Shown here in pieces: positions 42,955 to 57,079 of a DNA stretch of 64,000 nucleotides. The position numbers were made by a program, and so were the translations under genes. The notes beneath the pieces are model-generated. The model saw only the letters and a list, made by a program, of their open reading frames with translations. It did not search any database and had not been told where the DNA came from. The number at the start of each line of letters is the position of its first letter. Position 1 is the first letter of the stretch. Source of the stretch: the human T2T-CHM13v2.0 reference genome, Homo sapiens; assembly GCF_009914755.1 (NCBI RefSeq), contig NC_060930.1; one strand, written 5' to 3'.

Positions 42955-43253
42955 ATTTTTTTCTTTTTAAAGATCGAGTCTTGCTCTGTCACCCAAGCTA
43001 AAGTGCAGTGGCATGATCATGGCTACCTGTAGCCTCAAATTCCTGTGTTCAGATGACCCTCCCGCCTCAGCTTTCTGCATAGCTGGGACTACATGTGTGC
43101 ACCACCATGCCTGAGTAATTTTGTGTTGTTTTTAGTTGAGATGGGGTCTTGCTATGCTGCCCAGGCTGTTCTCAAACTCCTGGGATCACATGATTTTCCT
43201 GCCTCAGATTCCCAAAATGTTGGGATTACAGGTATGAGCTATTGCAGCCAGCC
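42955..43253 (-). mobile_element. AluJ
   Basis: Dimeric Alu, gtcttgctctgtcacccaagc...cccaaaatgttgggattacaggtatgagc. Confidence 0.93.
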
Positions 43254-43819
43254 TAAAATTTTTCATTAAAAAATTTTTTTGAATCTTTTGCACTTCCATT
43301 TGTTAGAATTCTATTTCATTTTAATGTTTGAACTTAAAATTTGCCCATGCCAATTTAACATAATTAAATCCACATCTTAACCCCATCCTTAGCATTTAAC
43401 TTAGATATTGATAATCATTATTTTATGTGAACAATGTTAGTTCACCTCAAATGTTTACCAATTTTCTTTGCTCACCATTCTGCTTATGCTCCAAACCCTG
43501 ATTTGGGAAAATTTCCTTTTTCTTGAAAGTATATTCTTTAGAATTTTCTTTTCTGAAAGTCAGTTTGTGGTAACCTAAGTTTGCATTTCTTTTTTTAAAA
43601 AGCCTTATTTTACATTATCTTAAAATATAATTTTGCTAAATACACACTCCTCTAATCATGTTTTTTTATATTGTAATCACATAAATATATTACTGTCTCA
43701 TTTTATCTTCTTTGTCTCTGAAGCATCGATTTATAGTCACCATTTTGTTAGTTTTATTCTGAATTGTGAGAATTTCTTTAGCTCTACACTTCAGTTCATT
43801 TAAGTATCCTACAATTTAT

Positions 43820-44633
43820 TCTGTCTACAATTGTGGCTGACCAGGTGGCAGTCATGATTTAGTTTCATTGTCTGACAACTTTTGGTATCACCAAGTAAGC
43901 AGCAGCAGAACTAACGGAATGGACGTCAGCAGATTGGAAGAGAACCCTAGGAACAAAGGTGGAGGAGCCTTTGAAAAATACCAGGTTAAAATTCTCATGA
44001 AGACACTCCAGAAATGACAGTGGAACATTTTTGATGATTCAGAAAAAAGTATGAAAACCGATGGCTCTAAGTTGATAAGTGATTCAGAAGGATTGAATTA
44101 TAAATAAGAACAAGGCTAGGATTTTGTAAACCAATTTATTTCATCTATATTTTCCTTCTTAGGTAAGCACGCTAGTGATAGGTGACAAAAACTTATGTCT
44201 AAATACTTATAAAAAGTCTCCGTCAATGAGTATAAAAATTTTCTTTTTTCTTGCCGGGCACGGTTGCACACGCCTTTAATCCCAGCACTTTGGGAGGCTG
44301 AAGTGGGTGGATCACGAGGTCAGGAGTTCAAGACCAGCCTGGCCAAGATGGTGAAACCCCGTCTCTACTAAAAATACAAAAATTAGCAGGGCATGGTGGC
44401 GGATGCCTGTAATCCCAGTTACTCGGGACGCTGAGGCAGAAAACTGCTTGAATCCAGGAGGCAGAGGTTGCAGTAAGCCGAGATTGCACCGCTGCACTCC
44501 AGTGTGGGTGACAGAGCGAGACTCCATCTCAGAAAAACACACACACACACACGCACGCACACACTTTATTTCTTAATTATACATAACATAATGGTGCATT
44601 TACAATTAAAGGCATCTTAGACATGAAGTAATG
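43820..44633. mobile_element. Old Tigger (Tigger13a-like) fragment interrupted by an Alu
   Basis: ccaggtggcagtcatga..., gtgattcagaag..., and terminal taatggtgcatttacaattaaaggcatcttaga. Confidence 0.5.
44253..44563 (+). mobile_element. AluS (Sg-like) with (CA)n tail
   Basis: gccgggcacggt...ggatcacgaggtcaggagttcaagaccagcctggccaagatgg...gagactccatctc followed by a CA repeat. Confidence 0.96.
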
Positions 44634-45564
44634 CAGAATCACTTCTACACTGATAGAATTGCTCATGTCCTTCCAGACCAGATACCATTCTCTTGAAAAT
44701 GTTGTATGCCTTCCAGTAGTTTTCTTATCTGACATCCATACACAATCTTTTAAAATATGCTAATATCATTGATTCTATTGTGGTTGAGGTATTTTTCCTG
44801 TGAGTTTGGAAGACAGAATTTGCCTTCCCATTTTTTGCTCATTCAATTGGTTGGATTCTCAGAACGTGGTTGTTCCATACAATTTTACTGATTATTGATG
44901 CAAACTGAAGTCCATTCAAAAGAAAGTTGAGTGTGCTTAATACTCAGTGTGACACACACACACACATACATATATATGCAAAAAGAGGGAAGAAGAGAAA
45001 AAGAGAGGTGGAGCTAGAGAAAGAGCGTTGAACTGGTGATGTGAGATATTGATCTCAAATCTAGACCTAGATATTAATTTCCTTAAACCTAAGAAGAAGC
45101 AACACATTTCAATTATTGAAAATTTTTGTAATAACAGAACCATGAGCTTGTTTATTCTGTATTCTCTTGTTAGCAAAAATTGCTACTTAATAACGAACAC
45201 AGGTTTCCCAATCCTCACTGTCAATTAGATTTCATGATATTATCCTTCATAGCTTTATAGATAATTGGCCTAACTAAAGAAGAAATGGTCCTTATTGCTT
45301 AAATTGTTGTTTGAATGAAGGCTGAGTCTTTTGAGATCTAGATTCATTGTCCATGAGTTTAAGAATATCTGTGTATCAGGTGATTTCAGCTCCCAAAACA
45401 TAAGAAAAACCTGCTTGCACATTGAACAATCAGTCACTGAGTATTTACTTGCAGCGTGATACACAAGGCACTGAGTACTAGGTATCTGAATATCAATAAG
45501 ATAAAGCAGTTGCCCACAAGTATATAATGCAGACATATTTACAGTAACGGTACAATGATGTCCG

Positions 45565-46040
45565 TTAGTAGGTTCAGCTGCAAGTAATGGAAGTAGATTT
45601 CAAGGGCCTAAACAAACAAACAAAATAAATAAGTTCTTTTTTTCCTCACTAATCAGGAAGTAAATAGCTGGTGTTGCTGTCAAGGACCTATGTTCTTTTT
45701 ATATTCTTTGAAGTACTTAGCATGTTCTTCTTATACTTCTGCCCTTACAATTATAAGATGACTGCTGCATATTTCAACTAGGACCACTTATCCACAAAGG
45801 GAAAAACATGGTAGGGAGAAAACAGGAAGGAGTTGGACCTATATCAGAAAGACTTCCTGTGTCACTGTCAACTTCTCTCTCATTTGGCAAAAACTCGGTG
45901 GCACACTCCTCTGGTTGTAAGGGCATCTGAAGGAAAGGATTATATAACTGAACATACTGCTAATGAAGACAAAACCTGGAGAATTTTTTAGAAGGAATAC
46001 TGCGGACAGGAGATTGAGTAGGCAACTGGCAGAGGAAAGC
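45565..46040. mobile_element. Old MLT1 (K-like) LTR
   Basis: ggttcagctgcaagtaa...caaggaccta...aagatgactgctgca...ctcatttggcaaaaact...ttgagtaggcaact. Confidence 0.5.
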
Positions 46041-47749
46041 AAAATAGAAAAACTGAAGTTATAAGAGAGGGATGCACCAACTGTGACTGCAAAGCCTCCG
46101 GGGACTAAATGTTTCTCAAATATCCCCTAAGGTGTTCATTGTTGTTGATGCACTACCTATGACACATTAATTTGGAATTGTATGACTGTATTACTATCCT
46201 ACACATAGATAATTATAGATGACATTATTCAGATCTCATAATTTGGTAAGTTCGCATCAATTGTTCAAATGTAACTGTCTTTCCACAGATGTTTAGCTTT
46301 TAGTTTGTTCACTGGAAACAGACTTTTCTGGCACTCTCCACCATCTAACAAAAGCATGTTTAAATAAGACTAAAGAGAATTTTTGCAAATTCAAGTAGAA
46401 CTGGTTTATCTCCACCTGTCTGATATATGGAACCTATAAAAAAAACCCATTCGATTATCTGGTCTGCCTGGCATCTTGCCTGTAGCTGCCATTATCTATG
46501 CCAAACATTTCCTGAACTTAACTACTCAAGCATTACATCACTAATAACAGAACAGACTCTCAAAGGAGCTGAGATGCAGATGGCCAGGTATGCTTTAACA
46601 TAGACCAAAGAATTAGCTAAAAATTCTGTTTTGAAACAAAAGGATGAAAGAGAAGACAGCCATAAATCATTAAAGAGCCTCATCAAAAAGCCCCTTCATC
46701 TTTTCAAATTTGTTGCAAATGCATTTTATCCATCTGTCAGTAGGCATTATCATTTTTGTAGCATTATAGCATTTTGTAGCAATTTATTTTTAATAAATTA
46801 TTCACTTGACAATTAATTTTATACCACTGCATGCCTCCAAACATGGAAAGCACAAGAAACCCTATTTTAGAGTCTGGGCCATACACATAATGAGGGTTTT
46901 GTCAACTGTTTCATAATAAATCTGACTGCCCGTAACAGTGGTTAGATCTATGCTACCTGTAAAACAAAAGCACTCAGAATATATGGTCATATTTGTAATA
47001 AATCTTATTTTCTAATTAATTTGAATACACATTTACGTATATGTCTAGAACTTTTAGCATTATGAGGTAGAAAGTATTCTATAAAATAATGCATAGACTC
47101 CTTTTGTGTTTATGTTCAAATAAAAGATTCAGAGTTATTTGTAACTGATCACTCTGCAAGAATGTATTCAGGACCTATACTATCTAAGAGATGAGTCATT
47201 GTCTGCCATTAAAATTTTGCTGTAAGACTTTTTCATTAAATTGTTTTTCAGACAGAACTGGTGATTTGCTGCATTAATTGAAATTTCTTTACAGTATCTT
47301 GACCAAATAAAAAATTATTTTTGTCTGACATACGAAATCCAAAGATTAATAGATCAGAGCTGGTTCAGTAGCTTCACAGTGTCCTCTATGCCCCAGACAC
47401 CTTCTGTCTTTCCAAAACACCATTCTTAGTATAGGCCTCTCATTCTCATAAAAGTCTCATGGCCACAAGATGACGGCCCCACTATTAGCTCCTGTCTGTA
47501 TTGCTTGAGGTGGGAGAACATATCTAGACGGTCCTTATGGTTTCCTTATCAGGAAAGGAAGACCAGCGCTTGAACCTTTATCTTATTTGGAAGGGAAACT
47601 AGGAATGTAGTTTTGCTTTGTGTTACTTGGTCACAAACTGTGAATAAAAGGTTCTTTTCATAAGCAAAATCAAAAGAATGAATATCGTTAAGTCAATTAG
47701 CAGAGTCTGTCACAATAATTTATAAATTTTCATTACATTAATGTTTTCC

Positions 47750-48172
47750 TCATCAAATAACAAAATCTCAGCAAAGTGAGTTGAATGATTGAATTGGTTT
47801 TTATTAGCAATTTATAAACCAGTCAGAATCCCATCTGTAAAATAGAAAATGTTCAATGAGCCAAGCATAGGAGGTGGGCTTTATATGTAGAAAAGGTTGA
47901 AAAAAGCAGAAACAAAAAAATAAGTGGATTTTAAGCAGAGAGGACTTTTTTTATTATGGAGAGGACTCTTTTTTCAGCTCAGCTTGACTGGGCCCCTTCT
48001 GATTATTTGCTGTGATTTTCCTGTTTTTTGTTTTTTTTAAAAATGTCTCATTTCAAAGTTCAGTTTGATTACGTGGCACCTAAAATGAGTGTATTCATTC
48101 TGGTTTGATCTGGTGTATTGGGGCCTAGTGCAGGAATGCGGTTCAAAATGATAGACTCCCATAAACTTTAAT
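47750..48172 (-). mobile_element. ERV1 LTR (MER67-like)
   Basis: cagcaaagtgagttg...ttttattagcaatt...cccatctgtaaaatagaaa...ggaggtgggctttata...gggcctagtgcagga...ctcccataaacttt. Confidence 0.6.
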
Positions 48173-48242
48173 ATACTACATTCTGAAATACATACACCAT
48201 TTTAATTTATTTTACTTACAAAATTATTTTATTAAAAAATCA

Positions 48243-48608
<366 letters not shown>

Positions 48609-49095
48609 TTATTGAATAAATATAATCTCTTCAGGGATTCATTCTCAAGACAGTAGCAATTTTTAGTAAAAATTGTGCAAAATAATTTTCTTAATCATTC
48701 TTCTAAAAATGTAAAATGCAATCATATAACTAACAAAGTATAACAATATGTATGCAATACCAGATGTAACAAGATGCAATGCCGGAAACCCTCATATATT
48801 TATTTTTGATCATTATTTATGTTAAAATTTTTTTCTGGACCAGAGAAGTCATCTTTCTCATTAATGGGTGTTTAAAGTTTAGATAAAATGTATTTTATTT
48901 TGTATTCCATAAAACGTTGGTTGAAAAACCTCAATTTTAATCTGCCTACAGTTCAATTACAAAAGTGATGTCTATAGCTGCATTAAGCATAAGATTACTT
49001 TTTCTGACTTAATTGCTTTCTGAATTATGCTAGAAGCCACTTCCAAAATCAGACAACTGTAAGAGACAAACTTCCAGGCTTGATAAATTTTGCAT

Positions 49096-49098
<3 letters not shown>

Positions 49099-49129
<31 letters not shown>
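49099..49129. repeat. (GT)n microsatellite
   Basis: About 15 perfect GT units. Confidence 0.98.
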
Positions 49130-49130
<1 letters not shown>

Positions 49131-50377
49131 CAGAGGAACTAATTTCCACATTAGTTGATTTCCATCATTAATATCTCTTTTACTAGAATGTCTATGAAAA
49201 GGTGATTTTGAAAGATGAAAATATATAATATTTTCAGTCTCAAGAATTATTGACTTTCTTAAGGAAAAATAAAACAGGCAAAACAGTTGTGCAGTATGCA
49301 GGAAGGGTATCTCCCAAAGCCCACTTAAGTTCCAACATTGCAGAATAATAGATCAAAAAATAAATAAATAAAAAGGAAAGAAGGTGGGATTGCACAAATC
49401 CAATGACTATAGGCGACAGTGGACAAGAATTTCTTTTATAGAGCAAAACTAGCTGGAAAACTTCATGGCTAGAGTGAGAAGTCTGGTAAGTCTGTCTAAC
49501 GTGAATTTGATAATTGCTATGAGTCAGTGACTCCTCAATTTCCCATTATTCCTTCTTCTTATTTTACCCTGTTTTATCTCCCAAGTTTTAAATGGTGCAT
49601 GTAATTTGCTTTTTAGCATGTGGCAAGGACTGGACCTCAACTGAGAATGTGAACTATATGCTGGATGCAATGTGAGTTTTGAAAAGATTCTTCCTTGGTA
49701 GGGAATAGGTGTGGCCTCTTTATGAAAGTAGGTTGTGTGTGGATATTGGTCTTCATATGTAAGTCAGGATGTAAACATTCCAAATAAGCACAGCCAGCTC
49801 CAGAGCCCATGTTACAGTGGAGAATCACGCAGAGACAATGTAGGTAAAGAAAAGACAGAACAGCAGTAAAATACATATAAATCAACCCCAGAAAGAGAAG
49901 GGGTAATCTGACCTGGCGGATCAGAACACTTGCTTCTTGGAAAGTGAAAACTGAGCTTTAAAGGGTGTGGGATCAGAGGGAAGATAGTGCTGCAATAGAG
50001 AGAAGGAATTTTTTTTTAAATATGGATTTTAAAGAAGTTTAGATTTACAAGGAGACTACTATCTCTTCATGGGCCACCATAATTCTACAGAAAGTGAAAA
50101 TGTGCAAGTAAGAGAAACCTAAATTAGCTTGAGCAAAATAGAAGACTTATAAGAAGTAAAAGGAAAATTGAATAGCATCTCTTTATTTGAAAAATAGAAA
50201 AAAACCCTACTTTTAAAGAGATGTGTTAGGTTCTAAGAAATGAGAATTCTTGGTGTTTCAATAAATTAAAAGAAAATGGGGAAGTCAGAAGGGATAGAGA
50301 GTATTCAGCTCAGATACTGAAGGACCACGTAAAGAATTAGAAATTTTATGCAAAAGAATTGGAAAACCATTGGTGTA

Positions 50378-52689
50378 TGATATGTTTTGGCTGTGTACCA
50401 ACCTAAATCTCATCTTGAGTTGTAACTCCCACAATTCCCATGTGTCATGGGAGGGACCCAGTTGGGGGCAATTGAATAATGGGGTCAGGTCTTTCTTGTG
50501 CTGTTCTCATGATAGTGAATAAGTCTCATGAGAGCTGATGGTTTTATAAAGAGGAGTTCTCCTACACAAGCTCTCTCTCTTTGCCTGCCACCATCCATGT
50601 AAGACACAACTTGCTCCTCTTTGCCTTCTGCCATGGTCGTGAGGCCTCCCCAGCCACGTGGAGTTGTGAGTCCATTAAACCTCTTTTCATTTATGAATTA
50701 CTCAGTCTCATGTATGTCTTTATCAGCAGTATGAAAATGGACTAATACAGTAAATTGGTACCGGTAGAATGGAGTGCTGCTGTAAAGATACCTGAAAATG
50801 TGGAAGCAACTTTGGAACAAGGTAACAGGCAGAGGTTGGAACAGTTTGGAGGGCTCAGAAGAAGACAGGAAAATGTGGGAAAGTTTGGAACTGCCTAGAG
50901 ACTTGCTGAATGGCTTTGACCAAAATGCTGATAGTGACATAGACAATGAAATCTAGTCTAAGGTGGTCTCAGATGGAGATGAGGAAGTTTTGGGAACTGG
51001 AGTATTCTTGTTATTCTTTAACAAAGAAACTGGTGGCATTTTGCTTCTGTCCTAGAGATTTGTGGAACTTTGAACTTGAGGGAGGTGATTTAGGGTATCT
51101 GGTGATTAAAATTTCTCAGCAGCAAAGCATTCAAGAGGCAACTTGGGTGACATTAAAAGCATTCACTCTTAAAAAGGAAAACAGAGCATGAAATTTCAGA
51201 GAATTTGCAGCCTGATTGCATTAGAAAAGAAAACCCCACTTTCTGAGGAAAAATTTAAGCTGGCTGCAGAAATTTGCATAAGTAACAGGGAACCAAATGT
51301 TAGTCACCAAGACAATGGGGAAATTGTCTCCAGGGCATGTCAGAGGTCTTCATGGCAGCCCCTTCCATCACAGGCCCAGAGGAGAAGGTGTAGGAAGAAA
51401 AAGTGGTTTCCTGGGCCAGGCCCATGGCCCCCTTGCTGTGTGCAGTCTAGGGACTTGGTGCCCTGCATCCCAGCCACTCTAGCCATGCCTAAAAGGGGCC
51501 AAGCTACAGCTTGGGCTGTGGCTTCAGAGGGTGCAAACCTCAAGCCTTGGCAGCTTCCATGTAGTGTTGAGCCTGCGGGTGCACAGAAGTCAAGAATTGA
51601 GGTTTGGGAACCTCCACCTAGATTTCACAGGATGTATGGAAACACCTGTCAGGCAGAGGTTTGCTGCAGGGATGAGGCACTCATAAAGAACCTGTGCAAG
51701 GGCAGTGTGGAAGGGAAATACAGGGTCACAGACCCACACAGAATTCCCACTGGGGCACTGCCCAGTGGAGCTGTGAGAAGAGGGCCACCATCCTCCAGAT
51801 CCCAGAATGGTAGGTCCACCTACAACTTGTACTGTGTGCCTGAAAAAGGCGCAGACAGTAAACATCAGCATGTGAAAGCAGCCAGGAGGGGGCTGTACCC
51901 TACAAAGCCACAGGGGAGGAGCTGCCCAAGACCATGGCAACTCACCTCTTGCATCAGTGTGACCTGGATGTGAGACATGGAATCAAAGGAGATTATTTTA
52001 GAGGTTTAAGATTTGACGACTGCCCAGCTGGATTTCAGACTTGCATGGGGCTTGTAGTCCATTTGTTTTGGCCAATTTCTCCCATTTGGAAAAACTGTAT
52101 TTACCCAATACCTGTACCCCCATTGTATCTAGGAAGTAACTAGCTTGCTTTTGATTTTACAGGTTCATAGACAGAAGGGATTTGCCTTGTTGCAGATGAG
52201 ACTTTGGACTGTGGACTTTTGGGTTATTGTTAAAATGAGTTAAGACATTGAGGGACTGTTGGGAAGGCATGATTGGCTTTGAAATGTGAAGACATGAGAT
52301 TTGCGAGGGGCCAGGGGTGGAATGATATGGTTTGGCTGTGTCTCCACCCAAATATCATCTTGAATTGTAACACCCACAATTCCCATGTGTCATGAGACAG
52401 ACTCAGTGGGAGGTAATTGAATAATAGGAGCAGGGGAGGTCTTTTTTGTACTGTTCTTGTGATAGTGACTAAGTCTCACAATATCTGATCATTTTATAAA
52501 GAGAAGTTTCCCTGCACAAGCTCTCTTTCTTTGCCTGTCCCCATCCGTGTAAGATGTGGCTTGCTCCTCTTTGCCTTCCACCATAATTGTGAGGCCTCCC
52601 CAGCCATGTGGAACTGTTAGCCATCAAACCTCTTTTTCTTCCCAGTCTTGGGTATGTCTTTATCAGCAGCATAAAAATGGACTAATACA
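50378..52689 (+). mobile_element. Complete THE1 MaLR element (LTR 50378-50749, internal 50750-52322, LTR 52323-52689)
   Basis: Both LTRs run tgatatg...ggactaataca. The internal region starts gtaaattggtacc and ends with the polypurine tract gggccaggggtggaa. Confidence 0.96.
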
Positions 52690-52714
52690 TTGTGTTCAAG
52701 CAATATATTATCAC

Positions 52715-55198
52715 AAGGGTTGAAACACTCCAACCCACTGGCTAAATAGAACCATCCACCCATTTTTGAAAAATTGGCAATATTTATTGATTTACATACT
52801 GTCTATGGCTGCTTCTGTGCTACAACAGCAGACTTGATAATTTGGTTTGCCTGTGTCCCCACCCAAATCTCATCTTGTTCCCATAATTTATACATGTTGT
52901 GAGAGGGACCTGGTGGCACATAATTGAATCATGGAGTGGTTCCCCCATACTGTTCTCATGGTAGTGAATAAGTCTCATGAAATCTGATGGTTTTACTAGG
53001 GAAAACCCCTTCACTTCACCCTTATTCTCTCTTGCCACACCATGTAAGACATGCCTTTTACCTTCCACCATGATTGTGAGGAGTCCCAAGCCACATGGAA
53101 CTGAGTCCATTAAACCTCTTTTTCTTTATAAATCACCCAGTCTTGCATAGGTCTTTATCAGCAGCATGAAAATGGACTAATACAGTAAACTGATACTGGT
53201 AGAGTGAGGTGCTGCTGTAAAGATACCTGAAAATGTGAGAGCAACTTTGTAACGGGGTAACAGGCAGAGGTTGAAAGAGTTCAGAGGGCTCAGAATAAGA
53301 TAAGAAAATGTGGGAAAGTTTGGAACTGGCTAGAGACTTGTTGAATCACTTTGAACAAAATGCTGATAATGATATAGACAACGAAATCCAAGCTGAAGTG
53401 GTCTCAGATGGAGATGAGGAACTTTTTGGGGACTGGAGTAAAAGTGACTCTTGCTATGTTTCAGCAAAGACACTGGTGACATTTTGCCCTGCCCTAGAGA
53501 TCTGTGGAAATTTGAAGTTAAGGGAGGGAGATGTTTTAGGGTATCTGGTGAACGAAATTTCTAAGCATCAAAGCATTTCAGAGGTAACTCAGGTGCTGTT
53601 AAAGGCATACTGTTTTAAAAGGAAAACAGAACATAAAAGTTCAGAAAATTTGCAACCTGATGATGCAGTAGAAAAGAAAAATCGATTTTCTTAGAAGGAA
53701 TTCTGGCCAGCTGCAGAAATGTGCCTAAGTAACAGGGAACCAAATGTTCATCACCAAGACACTGAGGAAAATGTCTCCAGGGCATGTCAGAGATTTTCAC
53801 AACAGCCCCTCTCATCACAGGTCCAGAGGCATAGAAGGAAAAAATTATTTCCTGGGCCAAGCCCAGGGTCCCCCTGCTGTGTACAGCATAGGGGCTTGGT
53901 GCCCTGTGTCCCAGCCACTCTGGCTAAAAGGGGCCAGCTTATAACTGGAGCCATGGTTTCAGAGGGTACAAGCTCCAAACCTTGCCAGCTTCCACATGGT
54001 GTTGAGCCTGCAAGTACACAGAAGTCAAGAATTGAGGTTTGAAAACCTCCTCCTAGATTTCAAAGGATGTATGGAAATGCCTGGATGTCCAGGCAGAAGT
54101 ATGCTGCAGGGAAGGGGCCCTCATGGAGAATTTCAGCTAAGGCAGTGCAGCAGGGAAATGTGGAGTGGGCACCCCCACAGAGTCCCCACTGGGGCATTGC
54201 CCAGTGGAGTTGTGAGAAGAAGGCCACTATCCTCCAGACCCCAGAATGGTAGATCCACCAATAGCCTGCACCATGCACCTGAGAAAGCCATGGACACTCA
54301 ACACCAGCTTGTGAAAGCAGACAGGAGGAAGACTGTACCCTGCAAAACCACAGGGGTGGGGCTGCCCAAGATCACAGAAACCCACCTCTTGCATCAGCAT
54401 GAACTGGATTCAAGACCAGGAGTCAAAGCAGATCATTTAGGAGCTTTAAGATTTGACGGCCCAGCTGGATTTTAGACTTGCATGGGCCCTGTAGCCCCTT
54501 TGTTTTGGTCAATTTCTCCTATTTGGAACAACCGTATTTACCCAATGCCTGTACCCCATTGTATCTAGGAGGTAACTAACTTGCTTGTGATTTTATAGGC
54601 TCATAAGCAGAAGGGACTTGCCTTGTCTCAGATGAGACTCTGGACTGTGGACTTTTGGGTTAATGCTGAAATGAGTTAAGACTGTGGGGGACTGTTGGGA
54701 AGGCATGATTGGTTTTGAAATGTGAAATGAGATTTGGGAGCAGCTGAGGTGGAATGATATGGTTTGGCTCTGTCTCCACCCAAATTTCATCTTAATTTTA
54801 GCTCCCATAATTCCCATGTGCTGTGGGAGGGACCTGGTGGCACATAATTGAATTATGGCAGTGGTTTTCTCCATACTGTTCTTGTGGTAGTGAATAAGTC
54901 TCACAAGATCTGATGGTTTTATAAGGGGAAATCTCTTTCACTTTGCCATCATTCTCTCTTGCTACTGCCATGTAAGACATACCTTTCACCCTCCACCATG
55001 ACTGTGAGGCCTCCCCAGCCACATGGAACTGTGAGTCCATTAAACCTCTTTTTCTTTATAAATTACCCAGGGTCAGGTATGTCTTTATCAGCAGCATGAA
55101 AATGGACTAATATAGTTGAGTAGTTATGACAGAAATCATATGACCTACAAAGCCTAAAATATTTACTACCTGACTCTTTAGAAAAAGTTTGCTGACTG
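52715..55198. mobile_element. MER58A split by the second THE1 (pieces 52715-52834 and 55115-55198)
   Basis: gtctatggctgcttctgtgctacaacagcaga | gttgagtagttatgacaga...aaagcctaaaatatttacta...aaaaagtttgctgac. Confidence 0.85.
52835..55114 (+). mobile_element. Second complete THE1 element with a different LTR subtype (LTR 52835-53184, internal 53185-54754, LTR 54755-55114)
   Basis: Same architecture. Its LTRs carry the gggaaaccccttcactt...ttctctcttgc variant, unlike the first element. Confidence 0.96.
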
Positions 55199-55219
55199 TT
55201 TGATTCGTATATATCTATT

Positions 55220-55710
55220 TTGAAAAGATCACTGTATTAGAAATATAAAGAAATATCAATTGCTAGTGGAGAAGCAAGAGGTCACACATACAGACCAATT
55301 AGGAGACTGTGGTAGGTAAGGGATGATAAAGAACTGGATTAGGTTGGTAACAATAGATATGGAATTATGTGAAAAATAAGGTGACATCAACTGAACCTGG
55401 TGATGAAGTGCAAATGGAGAATAAGTGAAAATAAGGAGTTGAGGATGTTTTCTAGGTTTTTCTTTGGAAAAATGTAATAGATGGAGGTGATAAGATTAGT
55501 TTGGAGATGTCGGGTTTGAAGGGTCTGTGAAATATGCAAATAGAGATATTGAGACAGCAGTGGAATACATGGCCCTGCATTTCCAGGGATAGACAGATCT
55601 AGGCTGGGAGTCAAACATCAATGAAAATTAAATATATAAGAATAGCTGAAAATCCAGGAAAAGTGTGTAGAGGGAGAAATAGGCAAAAGACCAGAATAAC
55701 TTCACACTCA
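55220..55710 (-). mobile_element. L2 fragment
   Basis: ttttgaaaagatcact...agaccaattaggagactgtgg...gaaatatgcaaatagagatattgagacagcagtggaatac. Confidence 0.65.
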
Positions 55711-56069
55711 ATAAGATTTTATTAATCTCCATGTGTTTGCATGAAATGCATATTTTGATGGGGTCAAGTTCTCGATTAAATGCTACTTTAGAAATCTGAA
55801 AATCCAACTTTTCACATACCTTACACTTCACTTGTTCATTCTTATCCCACTATGTTACGGCATGACTGTTCACTGAAATAAACTCAAACTGCATTAAAAT
55901 AGTTTATAATTAAGATCATCTTCATTTCAGTTACTCTAAATTAGTGTGAGTCAGTGTTTTACTCCTATAATTTATCTCACTAATTTTGAGAGTTTTACCC
56001 TGCAATATGATAGCTATTGTTTCTTTAATGCTCACTCTCTATTCAGGCCCCTATCAAAGCAGTATGCAA

Positions 56070-56408
56070 TCTGGTCTCTGTATCCATGGACTTTGCATCT
56101 GTGAATTCAACAAAACATTGATTGAAAATATTTAGGGAGAAAAAAATGGATAGTTGCTTTGTACTGAACATGTACAGGATTTTTTTTATTATTTCCTAAA
56201 CAATTCAGTACAACAATTATTTACACAGCATTTACATTGTATTAGGTATTGTAAATAATCTAGAGATGATTCATGGTGTATAGAAAGATGTGCATAGGTT
56301 ATATGAAAGTACTACACCAATGTATATATAAGGGCCTGAATATCTGTGAGTTTTGATATCCATGGGAAGTCCTAGAACCAATCCCCTGTGGATATTGATG
56401 GATGGCTG
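56070..56408. mobile_element. MER2 (TcMar-Tigger) element
   Basis: ctgtatccatgg...gcatttacattgtattaggtatt...aatctagagatgatt...gatgtgcataggttatatg...gaaccaatcccctgtggata. Confidence 0.9.
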
Positions 56409-56955
56409 TATATATGGCTGTCATTTTATCCTAAATGACAGCCATATGGGGAGACTGAGGCTTGGAGAACTTGTTGAGGTAAAACATTTTGTAAGTGGTA
56501 GATCTCTAGTACCCTACCTCCAGAATCTTTACTCTTAACCTATCAGATACACAACCTCACTTCATTCACTTCCTCTAAGTCCTGTGCCTTCAATGTATTT
56601 ACACCTTTAAGTGTGTCTTACAGAATTATTATAATGAAATATATATTCATTGTTGTGTGACAGAAATCATACAAGGCTAAGAGTGAAAAATCCAAATTTC
56701 AGAATAGTTTGTGATACATGCTTTGAACAATGATTTAATATTCCTGAACTTGCTTTCTAATATGTTAGAATATGTTAAAAATATGACTGACCTATCTTAA
56801 TTAGAGGGTGTTTGAGATTAGGCATATGAAAAACAGTATATATGTGGAGGCACTCTGAAAATATGTATCATTGTTAAAATATTTATGCAAAATTGGTATT
56901 TTTTATGGACCTATCTCTGACGCAGGAGAATCAAGGCCTGGGAAAGAAAGATTAA

Positions 56956-57079
56956 TCCATTTATGCCTGAGGTGGCAATTTTTTGAATTTTTGCAATCAG
57001 ACCTTGGTGATGACCTTGAGCAGTAGGATATAAATAACTTCCACATTCTTTGCGTTCCAATAATGGAACACTAGGCATA
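56956..57079 (-). mobile_element. MER85 piggyBac (PGBD3-family) MITE flanked by TTAA
   Basis: ttaa|tccatttatgcctgagg...cagaccttggtgatgaccttgagcagtaggatataaataac...gttccaataatggaacactaggcata|ttaa. Confidence 0.95.

Noticed and set aside
46420-46595. Possible exon ending CCAG|GTATGC
   Set aside because: It is an isolated donor-like motif without a clear acceptor, ORF or homology, and cannot be supported without transcript data.
50378-55114. Tandem duplication of one THE1
   Set aside because: The LTR subtypes differ, the internal regions are well diverged, and only the second element interrupts a MER58A.
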